A stretch of 63,972 bases of DNA, the filler included, from Craspedostauros australis (taxonomy: Eukaryota), in the NCBI GenBank assembly GCA_030167865.1. It is 7 parts of 7 records of this genome, joined end to end, with 100 filler letters (N's around TTAATTAATTAA, not from the genome) between each part and the next. Parts side by side here need not be neighbours in the genome. Positions count along the whole stretch, not along the records: positions 18,629 to 50,206 come from JALAGF010004598.1; 6 more parts are not named here. One strand, given 5' to 3'. Shown here in pieces: positions 37,131 to 50,306 of this stretch; the stretch's first letter is position 1; every line of letters starts with the position of its first letter. Below the pieces are notes generated by a model. It saw only the letters and a program-made list of their open reading frames with translations, was not told the origin of the DNA and searched no databases. The translations under genes and the position numbers were made by a program.

Positions 37131-39396
37131 TGTGCTGATAGTTGATCACTGGTAGAATAGTTGTTTCCTGGATCCAACTGTTGCTCCGTTATGCTGTTGT
37201 GCTGCCCTCAGTTCTGTTCTGCAATGAGATGGCACGATTGCGTTTGAACTGAGCCTTGAACTGAGCTTCGAATCCAACTTTGAATTGATGGTCGGAGGCA
37301 AAAGATGGAAGGCCGATGCCGAATGCGCAGAGTTTCCCGCCAACCAACGCAATCCAAGGCCAAGCTGCTCCTGCTGCTGCTATACTTCTGCTGCCTGGAA
37401 GTCCCTTGGATGTTGATGATGTTGTTGTTAATGATGTTGCCGTTGAGTGTAATTGAGAATGCAATTGCGGATGAGCCTGGGACAATGGGAGAAGGAACGT
37501 GATGCCTGATAGAGTGAGTATCTGATGCCCGATCGTTGCTGTGCTCGTAGCCGTTGGTATCGCTGTTATGATTGCCGTTGCGTTCCTGGATTCTGCATCA
37601 ACGTTCTTGCTTTCTTGTTTGCTTGCTTTCTTGCTTGCTCGTTTTCTTGGTCGGTGACGGTTGTGTGATGATGCTTGGGTTGATGCACCTTTCCTTTCCG
37701 TTTCCCTTCGCTCTCACTTTTGATCCCTTCGCTTCACGTTGCCTTTCTCTTCGTCCGTTCGCCTGGAGATGCCTTCCGTTGTCGTTTCAGACTGATTGAT
37801 ACCAATCGCAATGAGCAGAAACTTGGTCGTTGCGATACCATACACAAACACAGAGACTCCGCTTCACTTGGCTTGGCTTCACTTGCCTTGAGTTCAGTTG
37901 GGTTGGCCTTGTGGGCTCCGGACTTTGGATCGATGCTTTCTTGCTTCTTGTATTTTGGCGCCTTCCGTGTGTGTGTGTGAGTACCTGCCATACGTGTACC
38001 ACTCTCTCTCCCTCCATCAATCATTTCTTTGTGTTGTCTTCGTGTTGCACAGCGTTGCGCTGCTGTGCTTGCTACTCCTCGCGTCGTCGGGATCCTCGAA
38101 TGGACAACCGGAAGACATCCAATGGATTAATATACATATTCAGCCATTAATACTATATTTTATTGTATCTAGCGCCATTGGGCCGTTGAGAATTATGTAT
38201 TATAACGTCTGCATAACGTTATGTATTTACACATGAATTGTCCGTTGAAAGACGCAGCCTTCCCAATGACCATCACGTGCTTTGCGCTCAACGCATTTTT
38301 CAGATGGGGACGCAACATCGCGCACCCTCGCGCCAATACTCGTCATGTGATCTGGCGATTGCGAACATGTTCTCAACATGAATCTGTCCTCCACGGAGCC
38401 TTCTTCCGAAGCTATATCTTGCTGCTAGGCTACTATTTCTGTTCTGCTCTGCTCCAACACAGTGAGGGTGTGTACCATGCAAGGGCTCTCTACTATAACA
38501 ATAAGCATCTAATCGAATATAGTAGCACAGAGCGGAATAGGTCAGCGGTTCTTTGCACACGACGCTACTCATGGCATGGCGTGACACGGCGCAACGTGCA
38601 GTTCAGTTTAGATCCATGGCCTCGCTATCCCCCACGATGGAACGTGGACATTTATCGTACAAATGCGCTGTCCACGCTCCCTCCACGGTGATCGCATTCG
38701 ATAGAATAGATTGGATAGACTACCGCCCTTTTGTGCTCCTTCGGATTTTCACTCTTGTGATCCTTGGCATCTCACATTGGCTTCATCCAAGTCTGCGTGG
38801 CCTGCGCCAAGATCCAGATTCCAATGCAATCGTGTGGACAATTATCTCAGATTCTGCCGCTTGTGTCCACATGCTAGTCCGGGTCCTCTGCTCTACTCTG
38901 TTCTGTTTGTATGAGGGGCTGGTAGTCGAAAGTGCAGAGAGTGCCGGAGGTGAACAGCATTGATCGTACCCGCAGAACATGAGGCGACAGGCACGCCAAC
39001 ACTTCCAAGGATCGTTCATACAACTGCGTCCATCACACTAGTGGGCCTAGTGCAACAGCGTAGCGTGGAAGCTACTTCTCTCTCTCTAGATTACACAGAA
39101 TACTCTACCATACCTCAAACATGTCCTGCTGCATTCGTACTGTGTGATCCTTTGTTCTACTCTTCCTTGATTACCCCCTGTTGACATCGCTCAACGATCC
39201 GGAGACAGGGTCCGCAATCTCCCGGCTCTGTCTCACTCGAGACCTGTGTTTGTGTTTTTGCAGTCTTGAACTCGCCTCGTCCCGCCTTGCATCCCCCCTG
39301 CCTGCGCGTCTGCGCGTGCTCGTTGCTTTGCCCTCCATGTTGGCATCTATCTAGACGCGAACCACTCTATGCTGCTTCGCTCCGCTATACTCCGCT

Positions 39397-42300
39397 CTAA
39401 CAGGAGACGCCGATGTGCAGCAGGTAATGCATCAAACCATCGAGCCGATGATCCGTCCCGCGGCAGTACATCGCCACGACCATTTGGGTCAGGCATTCGG
39501 CGACGCAGAGATCCCAATGGTCGGTGTTGCGCGCCACGCGCAGCAATCCCGCAACCTCCACCTTCAGCATCGGCAGCGTGCGGCACATCTCGTACAACGT
39601 GTCGCTCAGCCGCTTGCGTTCCGTGAAGGACAGCGGCACGGGAGGGTAGTCGTAGTCGGCCTTGTTGTCGCTACTCGTTTTGTCCTTGCCGGTTGCCTCT
39701 CCACCTTCCGAGCCTGTCTCTTCACGCTTCAAGTTGTTGCTCACTGCACGGTAATGCTCCGATCTGAGCCTGAGGGATGGGAGAAACGGACCCCGCGATG
39801 CGGATCCAACCGAATGCTGGCTGCTCTGTTGGATCTGCGGGTACATGTGCTGGTGCTGATATTGATGGTGCTGATGATACTGATCGTAAGGATGGCGACG
39901 ACGGTACGGTTGATGTTGATGATCGCTCAGGTGGCAGTCACGATAGCCGTGGTGAGGACTCTGGTGATGTTCGCGGTGCGCGTTGTAATCGTGAGAACCG
40001 CGTTGGCCAACACCCTCGTCCCGCCGCACCCGCTTGCTTGCGGGTGGTTTGTCACCGAGACCCGTCTTGTTGCTTCCGGTGCTCTCATCACAAGCCATAC
40101 TGTGCATCCGCTGTCCACGGTGGCTGGACGGAGTGTGCTGATGGCACGAGCTTCTCGTTGTCAGCGTGGAGTCCCTCGATGTGGGGGTTGACGGTGATGT
40201 GGGAATGGAAGTGCGGTTCCATGCTGAGTGTGCGGTACCCGTTGTCTGAATATCGCCATTCGTTGCGACAGCATCGGGAGTGATGAGAGGAGGCCCGGGT
40301 GCTGTATCTCTGTCCGCGCTGTAGGAAACGAAGTTGTTCATCTTCGACAAAGGCGGAGCCAACTCGCCTGGTTCCTGAGACGTGTACGCATTCACGGTTG
40401 GGCTGACGCTGATCCCGATATCGCGTTGCAAGGAGTGCTGAAAGGGACATTGGTGGTTCTGCTTCCACTGGCCGCACAGCTTGCATCTGTACTTCATTCT
40501 CTGAACGCTGTCAGTTTCAGTCGAGCTGGATGGGCTTCCAGCACCACTCTGGTCTCTTTTGGATTTGGTGGAGCTGCGCGCAGCTCCGCTACCACCCTTG
40601 GCGGCCTGTTTCGTCAGCTTGCGGGAGCGCTGCTGTTTCTTCGGGTTGGATGGCTTTTGCGCGATGGCCATGGGACTGTCTTCCACATCCCACGACACGT
40701 AGTTGTCTCGCACAGTGAATCGATCGCTGTGCTTGCGTGCTCCATGAGGTTTTGCCTGTGTCTTCTGCGGTGGCGCACGGCGGAAAATCGATGATGGTGA
40801 AGCACCTGCACTTTCTCTGCCTCCGCTGCTTTTGGAGTCCCCCGCAGCGACATATCCGCCGAAAGTGTGGATCGCGGTCTCGATGCGTCGTAGCGCTATG
40901 CGCATGTGATCCGGGTGGATGGGCGGGTCTGGATTCGAGCCGTACTGCGCATGTGCGTACGCGCCCATGTTGGGAGTGCGGATGCTTGCTTCTCGGACGC
41001 AAGGCAGCTGGTAGAAAAGCTTGGAGAACACTTGCGGAAGAGATTTGAGCACAGAAATGGGGTTTGAGAAATGTGCGACTTGATGCTGGAGCATGGGAGA
41101 GGTATGATAGTACGCATGAGGATGATGCGCCGGTGGTTGGTGCTGAAGATGTGGATATGGCTGCACATGTGAAAATGCGTGTGGATACGGATGCGCGTGA
41201 GGGTAAGCATGCGGGTCATGAACGAAATGATGGGGTGGCTGATGCCCATACGCGCTTCTGTGCTGAGAGGTGTGCAAGTTTGGCGTTACCGTTGCAGTCG
41301 CAGTCGTGGTTGCGGACGCAGCGGGATGGCGCAGGTTCGGTGAGGATCCCCATCCGTCATGTTTCAGAGGAGCTCGATGCTGCTGTTCTGGCTGATGCTG
41401 CATGTCGTAAGGTTGTTGAGCAGGCGCAGTTGCGTATTGTCCGTGACTGTCAGGAGTGGTCCGGATCGTTGAATGGATGCTGGGTGAGGTCCGGGTGGCT
41501 CGTCTCGGGGCAGGGGACAAGAGGGAACGAGTGTCACGTGAAGGTGCCGACGGCTTCGATTGGCTTTTGGTCGCATCGTCATCGTCTGCTTGGCTCTGGG
41601 CCTTGCGTTTGAGGTGGGTTGGCTTGCAATCGTCGAACTTGATGGGTGAAATATCGCCAATGGATGCTGTCTCATGGATATTGTTTCGGGAGATCGGAGA
41701 TGGCGAGCGCAAGTGGACGTTTGGCTGGTGCCGAAGTCTACTGCTTGCAGTATCGCTGGCGCCGGCATTCGTGGGAGTGTAGACCGATGACAGACGGGTA
41801 CTCTGGAAGGACGCGTCGGTTGGGTTAACACGCAGCTCAGGAAAGTCCTGCTCAGTCAGCGTGTCGAATGATTGCGTGAGGAGAGTGTTTGACAAGTCCG
41901 TGAGCTGGTTCTGATTCTGATTCTGCGGGTGGTGATGGTGCTGCCGGTGTTGCTCCTGACCGTGGTTGTGGTTATGGCTGTGATGATAGTCTTCGGAGTT
42001 GCGCTTCTGCCACTGTGTGCACATGGTTTTCGAGTGCACAAATTATTGATTCCCACGATGAGTAACAGAAATCCGGATTTCCGACATGAAGCATGATGTT
42101 TGGATTAACGAGAGTGCACCCAAATCATTCAGCCAGTCGGCCAGCGAGTAAGGGTGTAACGGAGCGTGTTGATTCAAAGTCAAAGCAAGCAAGCAAGGAA
42201 GGGAGAGGATCATTGAGTTGAGTTGAGTTGAGTTCAGAAAACTGAATGCAGAGCAAAGTTGGGCGATCACTGCTAATCCACACGGAGAAGAAGTGAGAGC

Positions 42301-43125
42301 GCCCCAAGAAACCACAGTGTCCTCGCAAGAAATAGTGATGTGGAGCACAGCACGACGACGACATCGTCCAACGAACGCGAGAGTCGGTTCCATATGATGA
42401 CTTACCGTGGCGTCGATTGGAGAAGCTGTCCCTTTGCCGTAGTGGTCAGCATTCTCTAGAAAGCTGAGCTGTTTGTTGTGTCCCGATAGCCCAAACAGCA
42501 TCATCTCTTCTGTGCCACCGAGAGATCCCTGATCTGTAGGCGACTCTAGGACGGTTGTGCCGTAGTGGGCCATTTCATTCTTGACTGCGACATCTTCATC
42601 CGGAAACTCGATGCGTCCATTGGGCAATCTTTCGATCTGAAGCTCGTCCTTTTCGTGGCGCCGATGAACCTTCGGGTGTTTGGGCGCATTGTTCTTGTCC
42701 GTTGCATCCGTCCCAGGCGATGAAGATTCGAAGCTGCTGTCGCCTTTGGAGATTGATAGATCGACAGGTGAGAATGCGCTGCTTTCCGATGTCACTGCAA
42801 GGATCGCGTTCCTGCCGCCACGGCTGTTGTTGTTGTTGTTGTTGTTGTTGCGTGGCTGCGTCTTGTTGTGGCGTCTGCCCTCTTCTTTGAACAGCGTTGG
42901 AGTCGAGTCCGTGCTTGGTGATTTTAAAACCACCGCGCCGTTAGATCCATGTCGATGTTTGGATGCATCCGGATGTTTCGCAACATCATTGCCGCTGTTG
43001 TTGTCATCATTATTCTCGCTGCGTTCTTCAGGGTGCGGAAAGCTGTGGTCGTCGTGATGTCCATCAGACGACGCATCTGCATCGTCTTGAGATCCCGCAG
43101 CGCCGCCATGTCCTTGAAGGCTCAT
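39397..43125 (-). CDS. Large H/S-rich protein (~1111 aa) with CCHC zinc knuckle and the same C-terminal domain, paralog B; 2 exons
   Basis: Exon 1 43125-42406, intron 42405-42013 (GTAAGT...CAG, phase 0; an alternative in-frame acceptor lies 6 nt further), exon 2 42012-39397. YRCKLCGQWKQNHQCP at ~40444-40495; ends LMHYLLHIGVSC. Confidence 0.82.
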
Positions 43126-45906
43126 ATCGATATTACCTTTGATGTCGGTGTTGTAGTATCGATTTCAATATCAATATCAATGCCGATGAGGACGCCGATG
43201 AGGATGGCGTCCAATGATCTCTTTGATGGATGCCAATGTTGATGGATATCAATTGATGTCGATGGATCTCGATTGATGTAATATATGAATTGAGGTGTTG
43301 CGGAGAACATTTTGAAGAGTAATGGCAACAGCAGCAGCAGCACAAGCAGTTGGCGCTGTTCAATGGATCATCTGTTTCAACTTCTGTACATCCTTACACG
43401 CCGTGATCATGTTCGCGCAGCGTGTTTTTGGTGTCTCGCCCAGAGACGATGGCAAGTGGAATGCCGACAACTCCGTCCGCGGGGTTGGAACCTCGTTCTT
43501 TGAGATGCTGTGCACATTCGGATGCAAGTTTGGACGGAGATTCGAATGGAGGTCGACGCCGCAGGGTGTCTGTTTGCGTCACCATCGCCCGGATGTGCAG
43601 GTGTTCATCATAAGTGGGTAAAGTTAAGTCTCACTCCACTTCCGTTTGTGCATGTGTGCGTGTTCGTTGTCATCGCACGAGAGGAGTAGTGCAGTAAGAA
43701 TGGCAGATTCATGGGGTGTAGCTACTCCACGGCACCCACTCCCCTCTGCGCCATCATACCATGCGCTACTCCCATTCTCCACGATGATGTGTCCAACGCC
43801 GAGATGACGAGTGCCTCGGTCCTGTAATCTTGTTGGTCCGTTGGCCTGTGGATCCCATGCCTCACCATTATTCGAGTGGATTGATGTACTCTCGCGGACA
43901 CACGGAGGTGTGGTATGGCATCATGGCATGCTCATGCCTTCATACTCCTATTGGGATGGTCGGTGTGCATGTATTCGTACTCGCAGAGTGTGGCAAGAAG
44001 TGTGGGAGAGTTTGCGGTGGTGGTGGGAGTCGGAAGATCCTTCACGGAATCTCGCTCTCTGTTTTGTGCTTGTTTGTCTTTGTTTGGCCATTTCGGATCT
44101 GTTCTTCTCGAGTCGCCAAAAAACACGAGAATTGTTCTTGCATGTTGGATCCAAGTAGTCGAGAATCCGCGAACGTCAGGATCGCGTTCAGGATCTGTGA
44201 GTTCGATAGAGTATCACATACGAGTGTAGAGACAGAACAGAGAAGAATAGAGTGGGAAAGGTTGGGTGGGTGCCTCCGTTTCAGATGAACAGACAGAGGC
44301 AGGAACGATGAAGATGGAGAACCTGGCATGAAGCATCGACGGGAGGAATAGTGCGAGTTGTTTGATTGGAGCGAACAAGGACCGATTGTTTCCGTGTACA
44401 TCGCATTTTGCCGCGAATGGGACGTCCATTTCCATCCTCTCCTCCACAGACAAGCCTCCCACCATCGACAGAGATCCTTGGAGATACGCTGTCCCAATAA
44501 ATGCCAAGGAAGCGAAGTTTTATGTTTCTGTCTATTTTGCTCTCCTCAGATCGTATTTAGGTTGGGGGTCGAGATCTATGGGAGGCGCGCTTCACAAGGT
44601 GCTTCGCGATTTGCTCCGCTAGGAGGTGATGGAATGTAAAGAACTATCATCGGATGCAGAATGATGGGCGGGGAGACGAACTGGAACGGCGGTTCATGAG
44701 TGAAGGGGAGCGATGTTGCCACCATGGTTGAACCCGTCCCTTGTGTGCAGACATGCATTCCTGACACAACGAGTGGTCGACAGGAACCACGGATATCAAA
44801 GACCGTCGAAGGAGAGAAAATGGGACGCTTGTCTATGTCGACCTCGAGTTTCCGCAATAACACACTGATCGTACCGCAATCTAATGCATCTGCATGAGCG
44901 AACGAACGACCTCGTCATGGCGCCGGGGAAACCTCTATCGCATTCGTGCAGATGGATGGACTCTCGACTTTTGTGCAGAACGACGATGGTGGACTTACTA
45001 TATATATTCCACCTTCCTGGTGCGAAAGGGAGAGGAGTATCGTTTTGTGTCGTTCTGATTTCCGATGCTGCCACCAATACCGATTCATCGTTCCTTCCTC
45101 ACCCCACACAAATGTTTGTTTTGGAATAGAATCCTTCACACACTTCGAGTACCTTCAGTTTCCATGGCCCTTGGAATACTCGTACCGCAACTGTTCGTAC
45201 ATATGTTAGATCCATTTCCGCCCTAAGATAATCCATAGTGCCAGATAATTGGCGACCATCGTGAGTGGGGCAAAGTGTTCTGGGTCATTTTGTGTCCAAC
45301 AAGAGACGAACGAAGATGGAACCTCATGGGTGTTGAACCTCAACGCCCGACGAAGACCAACCGTACCAAACAGCACAAGAAAAAGTACCAAAGCATCTTC
45401 CTCGGCGATCTCGCTCCCCTACGAATCGAACCCGGATCAAATGGTCGAGTTTTGGTTGCTCGTCTGACTTCTCTCTTTCTCTCTGCGAACTACACGGGAG
45501 AAGCGGAGATTTGGATTGGGTGCGTTGGATGCGGGAAGTGACGGTGGGTGCGCTCGCTGGCAACCTTGGGCGAGGGTGGGGCTGTATGCGAGGGCGCCAC
45601 GGAATGATGGAAGAAGTAAATGGACATTTGCATGCGCTGACAATCCTACGTTTGATCTGTTCGCCAAACTGTGGAGTTGGTTGCCCAGAGCATCACTTTC
45701 AAGTTGCTCCGTGCAGGAAAGTCATGTTCTGGCCTTGGACAGGTATCGGCGGGAAGAGAAGGCGCCTGCCTCTTCACAGAGAGAAAGAGAGCATGTTTTT
45801 TTGTGGGATAGGGTTGTGGGTTCAACTAAGATTCGACTAGAGTATGGTAATACTATTAGCCGTATGGTATTCTACATGTTAGCATTCGCTTCGATGAGTG
45901 GCCGAC

Positions 45907-47121
45907 TCAAAAGACGCCGCTGCGTGGATCCCAGACGAAGCCGACTGCGTTGAGTCTGTCGACCCGGTCCATGGTGATGTTGGTCCTCTTGCCTTGCTTG
46001 AGGAGCTTGAATTGTCTTCGCTGGCACTTGACCCAGATGGCGAGGCTCGGGTTCTGCTGGTCCCGCGCTGGGATGATGCAGTGGCCGTTGACCTCCTTGT
46101 ACTTGATGAGCTCTTGGAACCGGAGCTCCCACAGAGCGTGGTGCGAATCCCAGCAGAAGCCAATGTCCTCGAGGGCCTGCTGCCTGCGGTTGGTGAGGGT
46201 GGTGTGACGTCCTTCCAGCTTGAGCTTGAACTGGTAGCGCTGTCGCTTCACCCACTGTGCCAGTGCCTGGTTCTCGTCGTGAGAGTGCGGGACGGAGCAG
46301 TGGCCCTCCTGTTGTCGGAAAGCGCAGAGCTCCTTGTACCGGATCTCCCACTGCGCCTCCTGGTGGAACTTGATCTTGTCAGGCTGTTTGCATTCCATGG
46401 CGCGCTTTCTGGCGTCGACCGGGAACTGGATCCGTCTCCGCTTGGCCTTGGGCTGGGCACGGAACTTGGATGCCAGCATGGTGGAGAGCGAGTCCGTTTG
46501 GAACTGCGTCTCGAGTATTGGCTGCGACTGCATCACGGAGTCGGAGGAAGGGCAGCGGAATGGTTCGGGCGAGGTGATGCTGTGCAGCTTGCGCTTTGAC
46601 ATGAGCGGCCGCAGCAGATCGAGGAGCTCGTGTTCCGAATTCTCGCGCAGATCGCTTGGCTCCACCTTGGGCACAACTGTGATGCGGTCAGGCTGGATGG
46701 GAGTTGGTTCGTATTCGTCCATGATCAGCGTCGCGGCTTGAAGCGATCGCGCTGCGTGAGGGATGGGCATGGAGGAAGCGGAGGACGACGATGACGATGA
46801 AGCGACCGATGCGGAGCAGGAAGATGAATGTGGGAATGAAGAGGAGAGAACGTCGGATGGTCTGCGCACCGTCAGCGCTGGCGGGGCCGCGCAGAATGAT
46901 GGCATAATCGCGTTCACTGATCCCTTGACGCCTTCGTCGGTGTCTTTGCTGATGCTGTTGGTGCATACGTCGGAGGTGGTCATGTCGATCGACGCGATGC
47001 TGAACGTCGGCCTCATGTCGGCCAGGTCTGTTTCGAAGGGATCAGTTGGATCGAAGGCGATGTTGCCGACGAGGTCATGCATTATGAGCTTGAGGCTGGA
47101 GTCTATTTCGAGGATTGTCAT
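45907..47121 (-). CDS. Protein with two C-terminal helicase-associated (HA) domains (404 aa)
   Basis: Two repeats W..R..EL..(F/Y)...GHC..P....N..LA.WVK.QR...L..(I/V)GF.WD. First ATG at 47121; disordered N-terminal half; no helicase motifs. Confidence 0.9.
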   Translation of the reverse strand: MTILEIDSSLKLIMHDLVGNIAFDPTDPFETDLADMRPTFSIASIDMTTSDVCTNSISKDTDEGVKGSVNAIMPSFCAAPPALTVRRPSDVLSSSFPHSSSCSASVASSSSSSSASSMPIPHAARSLQAATLIMDEYEPTPIQPDRITVVPKVEPSDLRENSEHELLDLLRPLMSKRKLHSITSPEPFRCPSSDSVMQSQPILETQFQTDSLSTMLASKFRAQPKAKRRRIQFPVDARKRAMECKQPDKIKFHQEAQWEIRYKELCAFRQQEGHCSVPHSHDENQALAQWVKRQRYQFKLKLEGRHTTLTNRRQQALEDIGFCWDSHHALWELRFQELIKYKEVNGHCIIPARDQQNPSLAIWVKCQRRQFKLLKQGKRTNITMDRVDRLNAVGFVWDPRSGVF

Positions 47122-50100
47122 GGTGGCTGGTTGGCTGGATGATTGGTTGTTCTTTGTTTGCTGCGCAAGTGGAGTGACGTGAAGTGCGTCGGAGTTATTG
47201 AAGAGAATAGGGAGTATGAGAAGTAGAAGTTGGTTCGGTTGGTGTGTGCTTCTTTGTTTGTTTGATTTTATGGCGAGTTGGAGATCGATTGTGGGATGAT
47301 CTGCGAGTGGTGCAGATCGCGTGCGGGCAGTAACACTGATCACGTCCTGTGGCAGCAACCAACAGGGAGTAGAGTATTGTTGGCGTGGCGCACAACCGAG
47401 CTACTGCTTGTGATTGTGCCGTACACACTCGTATTAAGACAGCGCTTTGTGCACAAAAATGACATTGGTGACCTCGACTGGTAGAAGCCGAAGCACGGAG
47501 ATTCACCGGAATTGCCGTAATAATTCCACGGGACAGAACTGGAGAACAGGCAGCAAAACCGCGATGGGTCGGACATGCCCAACACGCAAACGATGGGGCG
47601 ATTGTCGGTTCTGATTTCCGCGATCGCGGTGTTTTGTTGTGTGTTTAGCAAATCGTGAGCAACTGGGGGGTTCCACCTCCTGCGCTTTTCGTCATGACAG
47701 AAGTTCTCTCACGTTGGGCCTGTTTGTTGTCTCACAAATGACTAGAAAAATCGCTATGGGCATGGCATGGGAGTGAAAGATGATTTTTGTGCATGGTTCT
47801 TCAGTTCACTAGTCGTGAACGCTTTCGAGGATATAACTGTGCCTTCGGATTGGAACCAGGTCACGAACATATGCAGCACGAGGCTTGTCTATTGTTTCAC
47901 TGGATTTATGGATCAAGGCGCGTTGGTGCGTTGACTCTATTTGGGCTTCGACAGGAGGACATCCTGTTCTCACAATACTCACAGCTTTGTGCACAACTCG
48001 CGTTTGCCGCGCATCCCTTCTCTTTGACCATAAGGACAGGTGCGAATCGGTTCCAATCACTAATAGCCTCGCTGACGGAAGAATCGAAGTCCAAGCACCG
48101 GAAGAAACGAGCGCGACATCCTCGAGTACCGGATTGCACAGTGGACTCTCCATGCGTGGAGGGGAATTGTGGTTTGCTTCACAATTTCGGTTGGCGTATG
48201 CCGTGGACAAGATCTCCGGTTGAGGCTGTTTCGATGGATAGTTTCGGTGTAACAAATATGCTACACTACCTTAAGTGAGCAAACAAGGCAAGTATACAAA
48301 CAACCCCAGCGATAAAACAAAGAAGCGCGACATCTTCAACATGGAAAAGGAGAAGCGACCACATACAAACACACAAAGACGGAAGGTTGCGCGCTGGTGC
48401 CTCTTCGTGGGGCTTGTGCACAACTTGCGCACACACGAGTACGAGTACGAGCACAAGTACGAGTAGGAGTACGAACACGAGTACGAACACGAGCTCGGAG
48501 CAGGAGTGAAGCTATGTGCTAAATGATGAGAGCACCACAGAACAGGTGAGGTGGCAACACAAAATGCGGAACCAGCCACGACCAGAGTCGTCATGTCATT
48601 GCTTGGCTCCATTGTGGGGCAATCGAGATTGGTTTGCTTTGCTTTGGTTTAGATTTGGATGTGGTGGCTGATGTGAATGCAAAACCAAGGCACATTCATC
48701 CAAGGGAGGCCGGACAAACACCACGAGACGGGTAAATCCAAGGACGGCTGTGCTCCATTCCGTGAAAGGAAATCATCGCTGGGGTTCCTCTGAGAGGGCC
48801 ATTAGCACAGAGCAGATCACTCGGAGAGTAGGTACAAGTAACAGCGTGTGAGACAATCATCTAAGGCAAGTCGGAAAGTGTAGACATGACCAATGTTCGA
48901 ATGTGGCACAGGCTGCCGAAGTTATTGGTGGATGATCATGCAATAATTCCTCTCAAGGATGCCCTGATCGGAGAATATCGACTCTCCTTCGCGGCGTCTC
49001 AATAGATGAAAAGGTACTTCTCCAAAGAGAGTCGAGCCGAGCACTTCACTCTGCATCATCCCAATCGACGGCCGACCAGCGGCGATTGACATTTGGTGGA
49101 GACAAATACATGCCCTGATTTCGTGGGCAGCGCATCGTTTCTCCTCTCATGTCAGTATCTGCAAAGAATGCAAACATCGATGGTGTGTGCTCCCCCTTGG
49201 TGATTGACGTGATCGGAATCCACTCCCTCTCTAGGTTGCACGCATTTCGCATTTTTGATCAACTGATGATCTGGAAAGAATTCCTGTTGACACTACGCAG
49301 GAGCCATCTAACTTCTCGCCAATGACAAGTTGTGATGATGCGGTGCCAAAAACAGCCTTTTTGTCCTTGTGAATCATGGATGGCGAACTCCACGGGAGAA
49401 GCCGCCACAAAGTCGCGATAGTGTTCTCCTCCAGTCAACTACGAGTATGAAGTAATAGAGCAGAGCGCAGCACCTTGTGCTTGCGCGAACGGTTCCGTGT
49501 TGGCGACAAACGTGATGAATTGTCACATGGATACAGCAGCACCTCTTCACTGTACCTTCATCAGTCTCACATCTTTTCGCAACTCTCCGCAATTACACTT
49601 CAACGTTGTTCCGATCTCTGTTCGGCTCATCGTCCAGCGTGGGTGAGGGGGTCGTGATAACAGGACAAGAACACTTTGTGGTGCGCACGGCAGGGTAGCT
49701 ACGGACCCTTGCCAACCTTCGCGCCAGGGGCTTGGGTGATGCTTGATCCTGTCATGGCACCAGTGACGAGCAATACCGTGAGATCGACATCGACATTGAG
49801 GTACAGAAGCCAAGGAGAATGCCGACCACCAATGAGCCGCGCCATTATTCCTGAACTTGTGATGATAAATCCTTGTTGGCTCTTCGTGAATTGCAATTGC
49901 AGCATCTTCCTTCCAAGGTCTGTATCGCACAAACGCCCAATCCATCACACCGCAAACTGGACTACTGTAAAACCACAACACCAATCAATCGATCACTCGA
50001 CCAAACAGACAGGGAGTTGAGGGAAATTGGCATCCGTGACATATCTCCACCCGTGATTCGACATCTCAGAATCGGATCGAACAATCTCGAATGTTTCGTA

Positions 50101-50306
50101 ACACAACACAAATCAGCTGTCCCGATCTCACAAAACTGGTTGTTGTTGAGAACTACTACTACTACTGTTATGTTTGGTGTTGATGTTGGTGCAAGATGCG
50201 ATTGTGNNNNNNNNNNNNNNNNNNNNNNNNNNNNNNNNNNNNNNNNNNNNTTAATTAATTAANNNNNNNNNNNNNNNNNNNNNNNNNNNNNNNNNNNNNN
50301 NNNNNN

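Noticed and set aside
45410..45450. tRNA-like T-loop (GGGTTCGATTC on the minus strand)
   Set aside because: The T-stem does not pair, and no D-arm or acceptor stem can be built.
47787..50206. Possible gene upstream of the HA-domain gene
   Set aside because: Only short ORFs and a GAGTAC hexamer repeat (~48437-48492) are present, with no coherent model.
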